The notes under the pieces are model-generated. The model saw only the letters and a program-made list of their open reading frames with translations. It searched no databases and was not told the DNA's origin. A stretch of 64,000 nt of DNA from Camelus dromedarius (taxonomy: Eukaryota). Made by a program: the position numbers and the translations under genes. Location: NCBI RefSeq assembly GCF_036321535.1, contig NC_087436.1, positions 66,404,001 through 66,468,000 on the forward strand, given 5' to 3'. Every line of letters starts with the position of its first letter. The first letter of the stretch is position 1. Positions 38,101 through 50,384 of this stretch are shown piece after piece.

Positions 38101-41100
38101 ATTTCTGTTCAAATTAATTTTATCCATGTATAATATATTTCTATGACAAAGATGGAATGGGAAAATTTTAAGCAAAAACAACATTTATTTTGCTTTACTT
38201 TCTAATTTTATCACATCAAAATGAGCCATTTATTATAGATATCATTGTATCAAAAATTTTGGAAAAGTTTTGAACATATTTCATTTCTAATTAAAAAAAT
38301 ACTAGATGCCACTGTAGATCATTTGGAAAGTAAAATAAAATGCGAAATATCCCACTATTTAGAGAACAATGTTACCATGATGAACTCTTTCTTTTTGTAG
38401 TATTTTGTTTTCATATAGGTATATAATTTCTTATAAAATTCTTGTTATATAGTATGTACATGTTTAACCTTGATTTTATATCAGTTCTCTGTAACTATTA
38501 GGACCATTTTCTCATGTCTGTAAAGATTCATCAAGTAAGTGATGTAATGACTACTAATAGCATATCATGTCAATTTATAGTGATTGTTTACAATTACTCT
38601 GTCATCAAACCTTTGATTCTAAATTTTAGATAAAACACATAAGACAACACAGTCTATCCAAGTACATGAATCTTTGATCATATCTTTGTTCATATTTCCC
38701 CAATATAGATTGTTAAAGGAACAATTTTGAAAATAATTTCAGTAAAATAAATATGCTTATTATACCCAGTTTCTCACTATCACTTCTTTTCAGTCATTAA
38801 GAAACCATCCATTTATTTAATTCGATTTAAAAACTATTTTCATCATCATTATGCACTTTTCTCTATAGTCTTAAAATAATTATCTCCAGATTTTACCCTT
38901 TCATTCCAGCTCAATCTCTATGTGCCAATTAAATCATCTGACATACAGAGTGAACAACATAAATACAGTATCCATTCATCTGTGAGCTTTTCAGACCCAG
39001 ACTCCAACTATATACAGCACTGGTAATTGCACAAACAAGAATTGAAGAGACTTCCTGATACTTATCTCTTTCTTTAAAAGCTTGGTTCCACAAAGCATCG
39101 TGTTAGTGATCATCAGAGAAAGTCATTTTATAGCTCCATGTAGGAATTTATGGCATATAGTGATCTGAAGGCACAGTGCTAGTATACTTTCATACATCTG
39201 TCCAAAGAACTCAAATATACTGGAAAACTTGTTTCTCTAACATTAATATAAAATACAAAAAAATACATTAAACTTAGTTAGAAGTACTAATGATACATAC
39301 GATTTTTTCTTAGTTCTTAGAAATTTTTGTTTTCACTTTTTAAAAAATATTTTCTCTGTCTTATTTTGATTTTAACAGTGGAGGATAATAAACTTTGGTT
39401 TTTAATCCTGTCTGCATATTTGAATGCAGTTATGAAGTAATAGAAAATAGGAAATGCCTCATGTAACAAGGCAAATGACTTTTTTTCAGCCTATCTGATA
39501 AGTAACACTACCAATCTGTTCTTTTTAACAAAAAATTGCTAGTGACTTGCACGTATTAATCTGCCTCTAAGAATTTGTTGCAAATAAACTTAGTTCAGTG
39601 CCCACTGCACCAGCTATCAAGATATGTGAATAACTATTTTAAACTAAAATCTTTATTTCTGAATGTATCCTTTTAATTGAGAACCATATGGAATTTTCCA
39701 AGTATGCCTTGTCATTTATCCAGTTGGTCTTAAAATATACTTTTTTGTTGTGTTTTAAGTGATGTGAATAAGTTTAATCTGTAACATCTATATAATAACC
39801 TTCTATATAACAATAATTTTCTATTCTAATTCTCTTATTTATGATAATATCCCTTCATATGTTTTTAGCATTACTTGCCAGTTCCTTAGCAAGTTGAGAC
39901 ATACCTAACTGTGAAGCTGTAATTGTACCTGATAACTGACAACCACCTGGAATGGTTGCTTTTATGGGAACAACTGCTGGTTTTTCTTCTTCAAGCTACC
40001 AAAGACAAATCTAAATTGAATGATTAAAAAAATCTCTGATGCTGCATAGTAGCATTCAAGGAGAGAACTGTCTTGCTGAGTTCACCTCTTTTTTCTCATT
40101 TTAAAAGAAAATTAGTGAACTATTTCAACCAGAACCCCAGGAAACAAGTAGAATGCTTCTGGCTTATGGAGTTTTAGAGTCTCTTAAAATAATTCTTACA
40201 TGTAAAATTAACAGACAGGAAGGAGAAACAGACAGTTAATTTGGAACTCATTTTAAAGTATTTATATAAAGGACAATGATTAAAAATTGTAAAATTCAAT
40301 AAGATCCTAGGCAAAATATAGTTTTATGTATATAATCTCCTGAGTAACCTAATAAAATTGAAAGACATTAACTTCTTCATTATTTTTTAATTTATTGTGT
40401 TATTCATATGGGTAGAATAAAATAAAGACCTAATTCCTAATAACTGTTCTTTATTAGAGAACTTAAAATGATAATGGCTGTTAACCAAAAATATGAATTC
40501 TAATAAAAAAAAATTTCATCTTCAGAAACTTTGTTACCATGTATAAAGGAGTGAAGAACAGTAGTGTGTGTATTTTTAACCCGATACCCTGGCACTCTCT
40601 CTCCTTCTAAGAGATTAACTAAAGGTCATCAAGCTTGAGGACCTTCCTACTTGTCTGAGATAGTCTGATATTTCAGTCTTTCCCACAGTAGCTCAGCTAA
40701 GTGACCTTCATCTGCAAGTTCAACATTCCATCTTCTTTGATTAGCTAATCCCTTTGGAAAAAAATCTACTTTGAATCTCATCTTTTCTCTTTCTCCTGAT
40801 CCTCTACTCCCCAACCCACCCTCACCCACCTCTGTTAACCCTTCCCCTACTGCACACACTAGATGCCCTGGGCACCCAGCTCCCGACCTTGTGGATAGGA
40901 GGCTGGACCTGGTATTGGTCCTCCTGTTGGAGGCATGACATACAGCATTCTTGTGGGGAAGTGGGCACATAGCGAGAAGAGTTGATGAGACTACATTCAT
41001 TTACAGCCCTCTCATATTTGTTCACTAAACCAGAGGCTGGACTCTTGTATACCACTGGCTCCATGGGGAATGCTGTCTTTCTTAGTCCCCACTTTGAAGT

Positions 41101-41810
41101 ACTCTGACTATCTGAAGTACTAGCTGACTCTAATAGTGAATATACGTAATTCAAACAGTATCCTATAGGTATTGAGAGCTTAGAGACAGATTTAAACAGG
41201 AAAATAATAAGAGCACTGCAGTATTTAATACAATCTGTGACTGCTAGAAGCAGAGATTTATACTATCACAATTATCTAATTAACATTCAGTGATTTAGAC
41301 TGGGGAGCACAAACAAAGAAAAACAAAACTCTAGAACCATAAACATTATTTATATCAAGACAATAATGTATGGTATAACATTAAGGCTGAGAGCAAAAAG
41401 TGTGGCATTGGATTATCAAGTTGAAATGAAAGAAGGTTTTGGGATGCAGCTTATTTAAAGAGAATTTGTCTCAAATATGATACGATGAAGTGATGGTGAG
41501 GTGTGGGTGACTGAAAAGACTGAAAGTTAAAGGAAGGTAATAGTTTCAGATAGCATAGTATCTGATGCTTGACCTGGTAACAGGATATATTTTAGAGGAA
41601 AGGAAGAAGATTTGCATTAACTAAAGGAGCTATCTCACTAAATTCTGTAGGATCCCTATAACAATAAGCCCCCAAATGACTAGATATTTCTCCTCTCATT
41701 TCACAACAGAGTGCAAGTTGTCTTAGTACTGTGAAGATTGAGGTTTATGTAATCAGAGTTGATTGCATGAATTTACATACCGGTGCCTGATGCTCAACTC
41801 AGCAGAGATA

Positions 41811-42385
41811 CTGCAGGAAGCTTCAGTGTGTCTATGAGTACCTGAGAGAGCAGGAGAGCCCTGGCGTTATGCTAACACCTGTTAAACTGACACTTGTTAA
41901 GTACAGCGCAGGGTACCAGATAGTTAGCTAAGATTCAACAACAGACCACAAGGGAAACCAAAATAGAGAAGTTTATTCCTCACAAGTCCTGGAGGAAGTA
42001 GACTGCAGGCCTAGGGGGCCACACAGGGAGGTCAAGGCAGAGTGCGGACAGAGAGAGAGACAAGACCTGGGACACATGCCTTTATTAGGGTCTGCAGGTA
42101 GAATGCTTTGGGGTTTCTGGGCAAAGACTGGATTGGCCAATTCAAATTAAAAAAGTGTGGTTTTATTAAGGTCCACAAGGATCTTATCTAAGAGGCACAC
42201 AATGAAGAGGCATTGGGAGGCAGGAAGGGCTGTTGATCACAAGGGCTCCTGGGAAAGTCATAGCAGAAGCCAACATTTGCTGATGACTCTGTAGGCTGTA
42301 ATCCAGGGCATGCACTAACATGTGGGGCTTAGTGTCAGTTTAAAGTCCCTGAAGGCCACTTGACCTAACAAAATGGGCACAGGTA
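41811..42385 (-). mobile_element. ERVL-class LTR (MER68/76/77-like), apparently truncated at an L1
   Basis: GC-rich block with agtttattcctcacaagtcctggagg (minus AATAAA), gcctttatt and ggattggccaatt motifs; exact family uncertain. Confidence 0.65.
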
Positions 42386-43050
42386 TAAATCCGCATGATT
42401 TCAGCTTTGGTAAATGATTCGAGATACAAAGTCAAAGCAAAAGAGAGAAAGAAAGAGAATGAAAGAAAGGAAGAAAAGGAGGAAGAAAGGAAGGAAGAGA
42501 AAAAAGGAAAATAGCGAAGTTAAATTGCATATAAAGTAAAAACTATGCTTCAAAAGACACCACTAAAAAAGTGAAAGACACCCCCAGAATGGGAAAAAAT
42601 ATCTGCAAATCATATATCTGATAAGGGACTCGTATCTAGAATATACTAAAACCCATACAACCCAATCATCAAAAGAGAAATTGCCTGATTTTTTAAATGA
42701 GAAAAGCATCTGAATATTTTTTCTTATCCAAGGAACATATATAAATGGCTAATAAGCACATGAAAAGATAACCCATATCATTAGCTATCAAGGGAATGTA
42801 AATCAAAACCACAATGAAATAACACTTTCACATTCACTAGGATGGCTATAATCAAAAACTCTGGTAATAAGTATTAAGAGGATATGAAGAAATTGGAACC
42901 CTCATACTGTTGGGAATGTATGCTGTTGGGAATGTATATTGATGCTGACACTTTGGAAAATAGCCTAGCAATTCTACAAACAACTGTAGAGTTACTATCC
43001 GAAGTAGAATTTCCACTCCTAGATACATGCCCAAGAGAAATATCAACAAC
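42386..43050 (+). mobile_element. L1M (L1MB-like) ORF2 3' fragment
   Basis: agaatgggaaaaaatatctgcaaatcatatatctgataagggact...aataagcacatgaaaaga...aaatcaaaaccacaatga...aatttccactcctag. Confidence 0.85.
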
Positions 43051-43074
43051 TATCTACTAGAACTCTCTTAACCT

Positions 43075-43185
43075 CTTGAGTGGGAACGGTGAGTGGGAAG
43101 ACTTGTTTGGTTCACAATATAGTCTCAATGCCTAGAAGAGTGGTACAGAGCAGGTTCTCAATAGATATGTATTCAATGAATGAAG
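43075..43185 (+). mobile_element. L2 3' terminus
   Basis: ttggttcac...aatgcctagaagagtgg...gcaggttctcaatagatatgtattcaatgaatgaa. Confidence 0.65.
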
Positions 43186-45059
43186 ATGTTATCATTTGCA
43201 ATTCCAGAAATAAACAAGTTACAAATATTTTTACAGTCTATGTCATAGTCTACATTTGGTGTTTGTACTTTGTTGTTGTTTCTAAGAAGATACATTTCTA
43301 TTTTTATCTCTGTACATACAATATTAAAATTTTAGCTTACATTATCTGTTTTATTTAACATTATAGTATTTTATATTATTTATAATATAAAATCCTATTA
43401 AATATTAAATTTTAATATTAAATCTTATTCCTATATATAAAATATTAATTTCTAATTTTATCCTTATACATAAACATTAATTTTTTATCTTAACTATTAC
43501 ATACAAATAAATATTTGCATCTGATTCCTGAGGGAACTTTTCAAGGTAAACAATTTGCATTTTTTTCTGAAATTGTAATCAAAAGGGAGACAACTGACAA
43601 ATTACTAGTTTATTTACTCAATAAATATTTATTTGGTGCCAAGTACATGCTAGATACTATGTTAAATTCTGAGAGTTAAAAGGCAAGTATATGGGGAGGT
43701 GGGAGGTTAAAAGCATCTGAAATCTCATGAATCTCACATGGAGCTACTTAGGGTTTTGAAAACTGCTTTGTAAAGCCCATAATTTTTGTTTGTGATGTTT
43801 TAAACAAATGTATCCTCTTTTTAGTATTTGTTTAAAGCTGAAGTTTCAAGAGGAAACAAAATATTGATTTTTTTTCTCCCCAATTAGTTTAATGGGTACT
43901 CCACTTCTAGTGGATATAATTGAATTCAAAATGATTAGCCTGCTCTTCTGCCTCAAAATCCCACCGTTTCTACCCTTCCTAAGTAGTAAAAATGGCATTT
44001 GTTATTTAATTGATTAAAACAAGCATCTCATTATTATTTAATTTGTATTTCTTTGGAATGATTGTGCTATTATGAGTTTTTTAGCCATTTATATTCCTTT
44101 TACGAATGTCTTTTTAGTTTAAATGCTCACTTTCATAGATCTTTAATTTATTGATAAATACTCTTTATATTCAACATTTCATTCTACTAAGATCTTCACA
44201 GTGATTGACTTGAGACTCTGGACAATACAATTACACAATACTCTGAAGACAATACATTAAGAAACAATAGACAATTAGGCAATAAAATATAGTCACACTA
44301 TACAACAAAGGCCAAGGACCATATTAATAGTGATATATTGAAACCTTCTAAAGCTAGTATGCATGCTTAACACATAATTGCTAATTACTTTTCCAAAGTG
44401 ACCATTACTTTGGCACATGTTTTCCATAATTCTTTCAAACAATCCCACACAGTTTTTATCAATTTCTGTATCCAGCCCACTTATGACTTTAGATTTCTGG
44501 CTAAATATGGCCAGTCCAAAAGACTCACATTCCTTTGGGTGACAGCATTGCTTTGAATACCCAAGGAATTGTGGCATATGCAGATTCTCTTAGTCTTCCA
44601 AGAACACTCTCTGGTGACCCACGTGCCTCTTTTACTTCTTAGCCAGCTTCAAATAATTACTTCTTCCCTTGCTATTACTTATCCATCACAGTATGTGCTC
44701 ACCTAAACCTTCATGTATATACTTTTATCATCTCACATAACAGTAGACTGAAGTACTCAACATTCTAAAATGGTATAGTTTAACTTCATTAACTTTTAAC
44801 ACATTGTATCTTTTCCCTCTCAGTATAAAATGTATAAATAAAATAGCTTACATATTTTAACTTGCACCTCATATACCTGTATTTTATTTTTGTATCTGAG
44901 CTTCCTTTCCTATAAACCTTCTATATTTCTGTATCAAACCTTTGTCAACCATTATGCTATATACATTTCAAGTTTCACAGCACATATATAAAAATAAATC
45001 TTTGATAAAATGATTACATCAGAATTTCCTCCAAATATTTCCCATTTAATAAATAAGCA

Positions 45060-45175
45060 AAATAATCAGAGAAAGATGAAGGAACTTGCTCAACGTCATA
45101 GCATCTAAGGGGTAAAGCTAGAATTGAAATCCATGTTGTCTGAATTCAGAATTGTATATGTCACACAATACTACA
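45060..45175 (-). mobile_element. MIR fragment
   Basis: tgaaggaacttgctcaacgtcatagcatctaag...aaagctagaattgaaatccatgttgtctgaattcaga. Confidence 0.6.
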
Positions 45176-45212
45176 TCTCGTCCCAGAGTGGCAAGACCAA
45201 GTAGTAAAACTT

Positions 45213-45397
45213 AGTCATCCCTCAGTATCCATGGGGAATTGATTCCGGAAGCCCCCTCATGTACCCAAATTCCTGGAGGCCCCATAATATGCCCTGCATC
45301 CACAGATTCAGTCAACTACAGGTCATGTACTACTGGAAAAATACAGGTATAAAAGGATACATGAAGTTCAAACCTGTGTTGTTCAAGGGTCAACTGT
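45213..45397. mobile_element. MER8 (Tigger2-derived) MITE
   Basis: agtcatccctcagtatccatgggga...gttcaaacctgtgttgttcaagggtcaactg followed by TA. Confidence 0.8.
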
Positions 45398-45704
45398 AAT
45401 TTGATACAAACTGGGCATAACTAACATTAAAAGATGTCCAGCAAGTTTGAGAGTAATAATGATTTGAACTTCAGATATCTTGGGATCTTTTGGACTGCAA
45501 AAGATTGGCAGCCTACTTGAGAAGCCTCACATAAAATGTATAATAACAATATCATCAAGTGAAGATATGACAAATAGAAGCTTGATGTGAGTTAACTTTA
45601 GACAAAGCTTTGGTCCTCCCATAGATACAAAGAAGAAAGACCTTGCATGCAACAGTAATAGTATAGTGTAAAATGAAGCTTCCTCTGCACTTCACCAAAG
45701 GGAC

Positions 45705-48040
45705 TTTGATCTAAGGAATCAACATTGAAATGGAATATCTCATAGTTCCTCCTAATGATCCACTCTTATTATTGTTTCTTCCTTTCTCCATAAGCCTAGA
45801 CTTCATTGACTTAGATATTTTAGTACCTAAGAAAACTATATTTCCTCCAAGGTTCTATTCAATTGGAAAGAGCCCAGTCTAATAAGTCGAAAACTATTAC
45901 CTTGTCATTTTTGGCTTTGCATTCTATTATCCAAGCCAGTAAAAAGAGAATTTATAATGTGAGGTGATTTATCCTAAATATTTAGGGGAAATATTATTGC
46001 TTCTATAAAAATAGGACTTGAAAGTGTATAATTAAAGTAAGTGCAACCCATGTCTAGCAACAAAAGTAATGGAGTACTACTCTGACCATGTATAAGAAGT
46101 ACCACTAATAGTTCAAGATTCTTTTTTTTTTTAACATTTTTTATTGATTTTTAATCATTTTACAATGTTGTGTCAAATTCCAGTGTAGAGCACAATTTTT
46201 CAGTTGTACACGAACTTACATACATTCATTGTCCCATTCTCTTTCGCTGTGAGCCACCACAAGATCCTGTATATATTTCCCTGTGCTACACAGTACAATC
46301 TTCTTTATTCTACATTTTGAAATCCCAGTCTGTCCCTTCCCACCCCCTCATACCCCTGGTAACCACAAGTTTGTATTCTATGTCTATGAGTCTGTTTCTG
46401 TTTTGTATTTATGTTTGTTTTTTTGTTTTTTGGTTTTTTTTTTTAGATTCCACATATAAGCAATCTCATATGATATTTTTCTTTCTCTTTCTGGCTTCCT
46501 TCACTTAGAATGACATTCTCCAGGAACATCCATGTTGCTGCAAATGGCATTATGTCGTCGGTTTTTATGGCTGAATAGTATTCCATTGTATAAATATACC
46601 ACATCTTCTTTATCCAGTCATCTGTTGATGGGCATTTAGGCTGTTTCCATGTCTTGGTTATTGTAAATTCTTCAGCAAATGGTGTTGGGAAAACTGGACA
46701 GCATCATGTAAATCAGTGAAGCTAGAACACTCCCTTACACCATACACAAAAATCAACTCAAAATGGATCAAAGACTTAAACATAAGGCAAGATACAATAA
46801 ACCTCCTAGAAGAAAATGTAGGCAAAACATTATCTGACATACATCTCAAAAATGTTCTCTGGGCAGTCTACCCAAGCAATAGAAATAAAAGCAAGAATAA
46901 ACAAATGGGACCTAATGAAACTTACAAGCTTCTGTACAGCAAAGGAAACCATAAGTAAAACAAAATGACAACCTACGGAATGGGAGAAAATTTTTGCAAA
47001 TGAAACTGACAAAGGCTTGATCTCCAAAATATATAAGCAGCTCATATGACTTAATAAGAAAAAAAAAAAAAAGACCCAATCCAAAAATGGGCAGAAGACC
47101 TAAACAAGCAATTCTCCAAGGAAGAAATACAAATGATCAATAGGCACATGAAAAAATGCTCAATATCACTAATTATCAAAGAAATGCAAATCAAAACTAC
47201 AATGAAGTATCACCTCACACCAGTCAGAATGGCCATCATTCAAAAGTCCACAAATGACAAATGGTGGAGAGGCTGTGGAGAAGAGGGAACCCTCCTACAC
47301 TGCTGATGGGAATGCAGTTTGGTGCCACCACTGTGGAAAACAGTATGGAGATTCCTCAAAGGACTAGGAATAGACTTACCATATGACCCAGGAATCCCGC
47401 TCCTGGGCATATATCCAGAAGGAACCCTACTTCAGGATGACACCTGCACCCCAATGTTCATAGCAGCACTATTTACAATAGCCAAGATATGAAACAGCCT
47501 AAATGTCCATCAAGATTCTTTAGGAAGTAAGAATAGAATTACTCTAACAGATTTCAGAAAAGCTGAACCATTGACTAAACAGTAACTAGAAGCTCCACCC
47601 AGAACGTTTAAATCTAAGGCAAAGAGACAAGGAATGGTCAGTGGAAAAGGAAAATTGTAAGTACCAGTCATGACCAGAAGCCAGTTCCAGAAATGAGGAC
47701 TCTAACATCTCCCAATATTTTAAGTATTTCTGTGTCACATATATATTTGTATATTATACCATAATTCTCTTAATGCTCGTCCCCTATTCACATACACGCA
47801 AAGTATTGTTGTTGGTAACCTGTGAAATTTCGCCCAAATGATTGCAAAATAATCCTAAATAAGAAAAGTTTTCATCAATAAATCTTGTATAGCAAGTTGG
47901 ATCATGTAATATATATGATTTAGGAGGGGAATTCAGTTTACATTTGGTTTTATGAGTGATAGCTATATTTTGCTTGGCAAAATTATTTTTAAGTTTAAGT
48001 ATAAAAAGGAGGGTATATAAAGAAGCTTGTCAGTGAAAAT
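45705..48040 (+). mobile_element. ERVL internal relic (end of pol + dUTPase), interrupted by a young L1
   Basis: Decayed peptides PPNDPL, LDILVPK and VIYPKYLGEILLLL (45964-46005; cf. ERVL dUTPase VIDPDYQGEIGLLL); after the L1, aaggcaaag...gaatggtcagtggaaaagg...ccagttccagaaatgaggact continues the ERVL 3' internal sequence. Confidence 0.7.
46125..47509 (-). mobile_element. Young lineage-specific L1, 5'-truncated with 5' inversion (twin priming)
   Basis: Poly(T) + L1 3'UTR on minus (46125-46668), then ORF2 on plus (46669-47509; [22 protein letters not shown]); 12-bp TSD TCAAGATTCTTT at 46113-46124 and 47510-47521. Confidence 0.92.
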
Positions 48041-48044
48041 AAAT

Positions 48045-48375
48045 AATTTAAGCTTTTATGTTGTTTCAGTTGGAGACAAATCCTCTTCTGTCACTGGGAA
48101 CCTGAAGGGGGCAGATACTTGCTCTCCCCACACCTAGACAGCTAGGGCATGGCTCTATTAACTATGTCACCAATAAAGTCTCCATTCAGAACTTTAAATT
48201 TAAAGGAATTAATGCAAATAGAACACAGAAATAATTACAGTAGTAAGTCATGGCAGCAAATTGGCAGTCAGTGGCTCCCAGCAATGGTACTGTTAAGCCA
48301 AGTAGCAACAGCAGAATCAAGTAGCAGATGCCCATTGCTGTCCACTGCAGTAGTGCCAGCATTAGCATCCTATCC
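48045..48375 (+). mobile_element. Degraded ERVL LTR following the internal relic (LTR33/40/41-like)
   Basis: Lies 3' of the ERVL internal segment; ctccccacacctagacagctagggcatgg and gcagcagt-rich tracts. Confidence 0.4.
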
Positions 48376-49110
48376 CGCAAAGAAATTTGGATTCCACTCT
48401 AATGCTATTGGAAAATATCTGGGGAGTTTTAGTCAAGTAATATGATTTGATTAACATTTTGAAAATATTCTATCCAATGAGAGAAGATCAAGAAAAGAGA
48501 CAGAGACCTCAGTCAGTTCCAATCCAGGCGAATTGAAGTTGATAGTAATTTATAAGACATAAAGACCCTAGGTAACTTTGTAGGAATTAATAGAAAAGGA
48601 AACATTATGAATATTCCTAAGTTTGTTTTTATATTTCTATTGTTGGTTGTGGTGGTATGTAGATAAAGCCTAAATATAAATGCTGTCCATTTGATCATAT
48701 AAAATGAAAACTGTAGTTAGAACCAAATATGGGATAAGTTAATTCAGTAGCATATATTTACATGCTAATTATGTGTCAGTAATTGTGTTAAAATTTGAAT
48801 ATCCAAGATAAGCAAATTAGACTTCTTAAAAAATGTTCTATTTGTTAAACTCTGTGCGAATTACAAGCACAAGGTAGTGCACAGTGTCAGCGCTATATAT
48901 CACACTACATTCCCTTTGACAATGTCAAAACTTTGAGAAGCTGGAGTTTTCTAGTTGAAAAGAAAAAAAAATCATTGTAGAAAAGGAAATTGATCTATGC
49001 CCACTTTCTTTTGACTGTTTTTTTCTTGAACTTTTACTTTCACAGTATGAAAATCTTCCTGATGTAGGTGAGTCTCTAACTAGTTGAATCCACCTGAAAA
49101 CTGGTCTTGT

Positions 49111-49310
49111 NNNNNNNNNNNNNNNNNNNNNNNNNNNNNNNNNNNNNNNNNNNNNNNNNNNNNNNNNNNNNNNNNNNNNNNNNNNNNNNNNNNNNNNNNN
49201 NNNNNNNNNNNNNNNNNNNNNNNNNNNNNNNNNNNNNNNNNNNNNNNNNNNNNNNNNNNNNNNNNNNNNNNNNNNNNNNNNNNNNNNNNNNNNNNNNNNN
49301 NNNNNNNNNN
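49111..49310. other. Assembly gap (200 N)
   Basis: Run of N. Confidence 1.
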
Positions 49311-49456
49311 AAATTGTAACTATGAATGATGACTGATGTTAAATAGACTTACTGTGGTGATCATTTCAAAATAGATACAAATATAGAATCATTACCTTTA
49401 TAGTAGAAAATAATACAATGTTATATCAATTATACTTAAATTATAAAAGAAAAAAA
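49311..49456 (+). mobile_element. L1MA-type 3' terminus adjacent to the gap
   Basis: gatgttaaatagacttactgtggtgatcatttc...atacaatgttatatcaattatac + A-rich tail. Confidence 0.75.
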
Positions 49457-49529
49457 TTAGATTTGTGTAATATTATTTTTTAAAAACTTTCAAAATAAAT
49501 GTATTCAATATTAAATTAGCTAATACTTA

Positions 49530-50384
49530 ATTACTGACCATGGGGCACTCATATGCTTTTAAAATGAATATGCACATATTGGCATGCCTACTGCAAATTT
49601 TGTACAAATCAAGCAAGTCTGGAGAAAATAGCTGGGAAGAGCTGATGACAGCCCAGTGCGGCTCATGCAGCCCCAGCCTTGTACCTGTGGTGGAGGAAGG
49701 TGTCAGGACAGGGATTGAGAAAAGACCTGCACAGTGTGCTCTGGAAGACAGGTATGCAGGCCTTCTGAACAGTGGAGGTGCAGGAACAAAGCTTAGAGGG
49801 CATCTGAAGGGCAAAGAAAATCGGGAGCTCCCTGAGTCACCCAGACCCACCCCTGGAGCAAGCCCTGGTAACTCCAAAGACCTGAAGGAGGAAGAGGGGC
49901 GTCTCCAAGACCCGTCCAAACCCAGAGCAGAGCCCTGTCCTACATCTGGCCACCTGCTCCCATCACTGATCACCTTCCTGCCTTCAGCCGCTGAGAGCTG
50001 CAATTCTTCTAATTGCTAGAGAGGAAAGACAATTAACACCATTTTCCAAGTTCCTAATTTTAAGTCATAGCATCAAAAATAGACCTGTATACTGTCTCGC
50101 GGGAAACACTTCTGTTGTTCCCAAGCACCCACGTGACGGCGGCCAGAAGAGGGTGGCAACGGAGCAGCGGCAGCGAGCCCTTCCACAGCCTAGGCACCGC
50201 CCAAGTGCAGGCGGGAAGGTTGAAGGCAGCTGCTCTCTGAGGCAAAGGCAGGGAACCTGAGGGACCTGAGTGCACCCGCAAGGGAGGCGGCACGGGGTCT
50301 GGGAAAGGAATGGAGGCGCGATGCGGCTCCTCACCTGCTATGAGCTCGGACTAAGTCACCCTCTTTGAGCCCCGGCTTCCTCAC
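49530..50384 (-). other. GC-rich non-coding extension of the MAD1L1 retrocopy (putative intron/alternative 3'UTR-derived)
   Basis: Begins GTGAGG exactly where MAD1 homology ends; GC/CpG content stays high and drops near 49.55 kb; no clear poly(A) or TSD seen. Confidence 0.5.

Noticed and set aside
46716..46958. 80-aa ORF similar to L1 ORF2p
   Set aside because: Fragment of a truncated, inverted L1 with no promoter, ORF1 or intact reverse transcriptase, so not an active element or a gene.
49084..49329. ORFs made of X residues
   Set aside because: Artefact of the 200-N gap.
49527..50019. Overlapping 158/159-aa ORFs on opposite strands, the longest in the window
   Set aside because: No recognisable homology; expected in GC-rich, stop-poor sequence belonging to the retrocopy extension.
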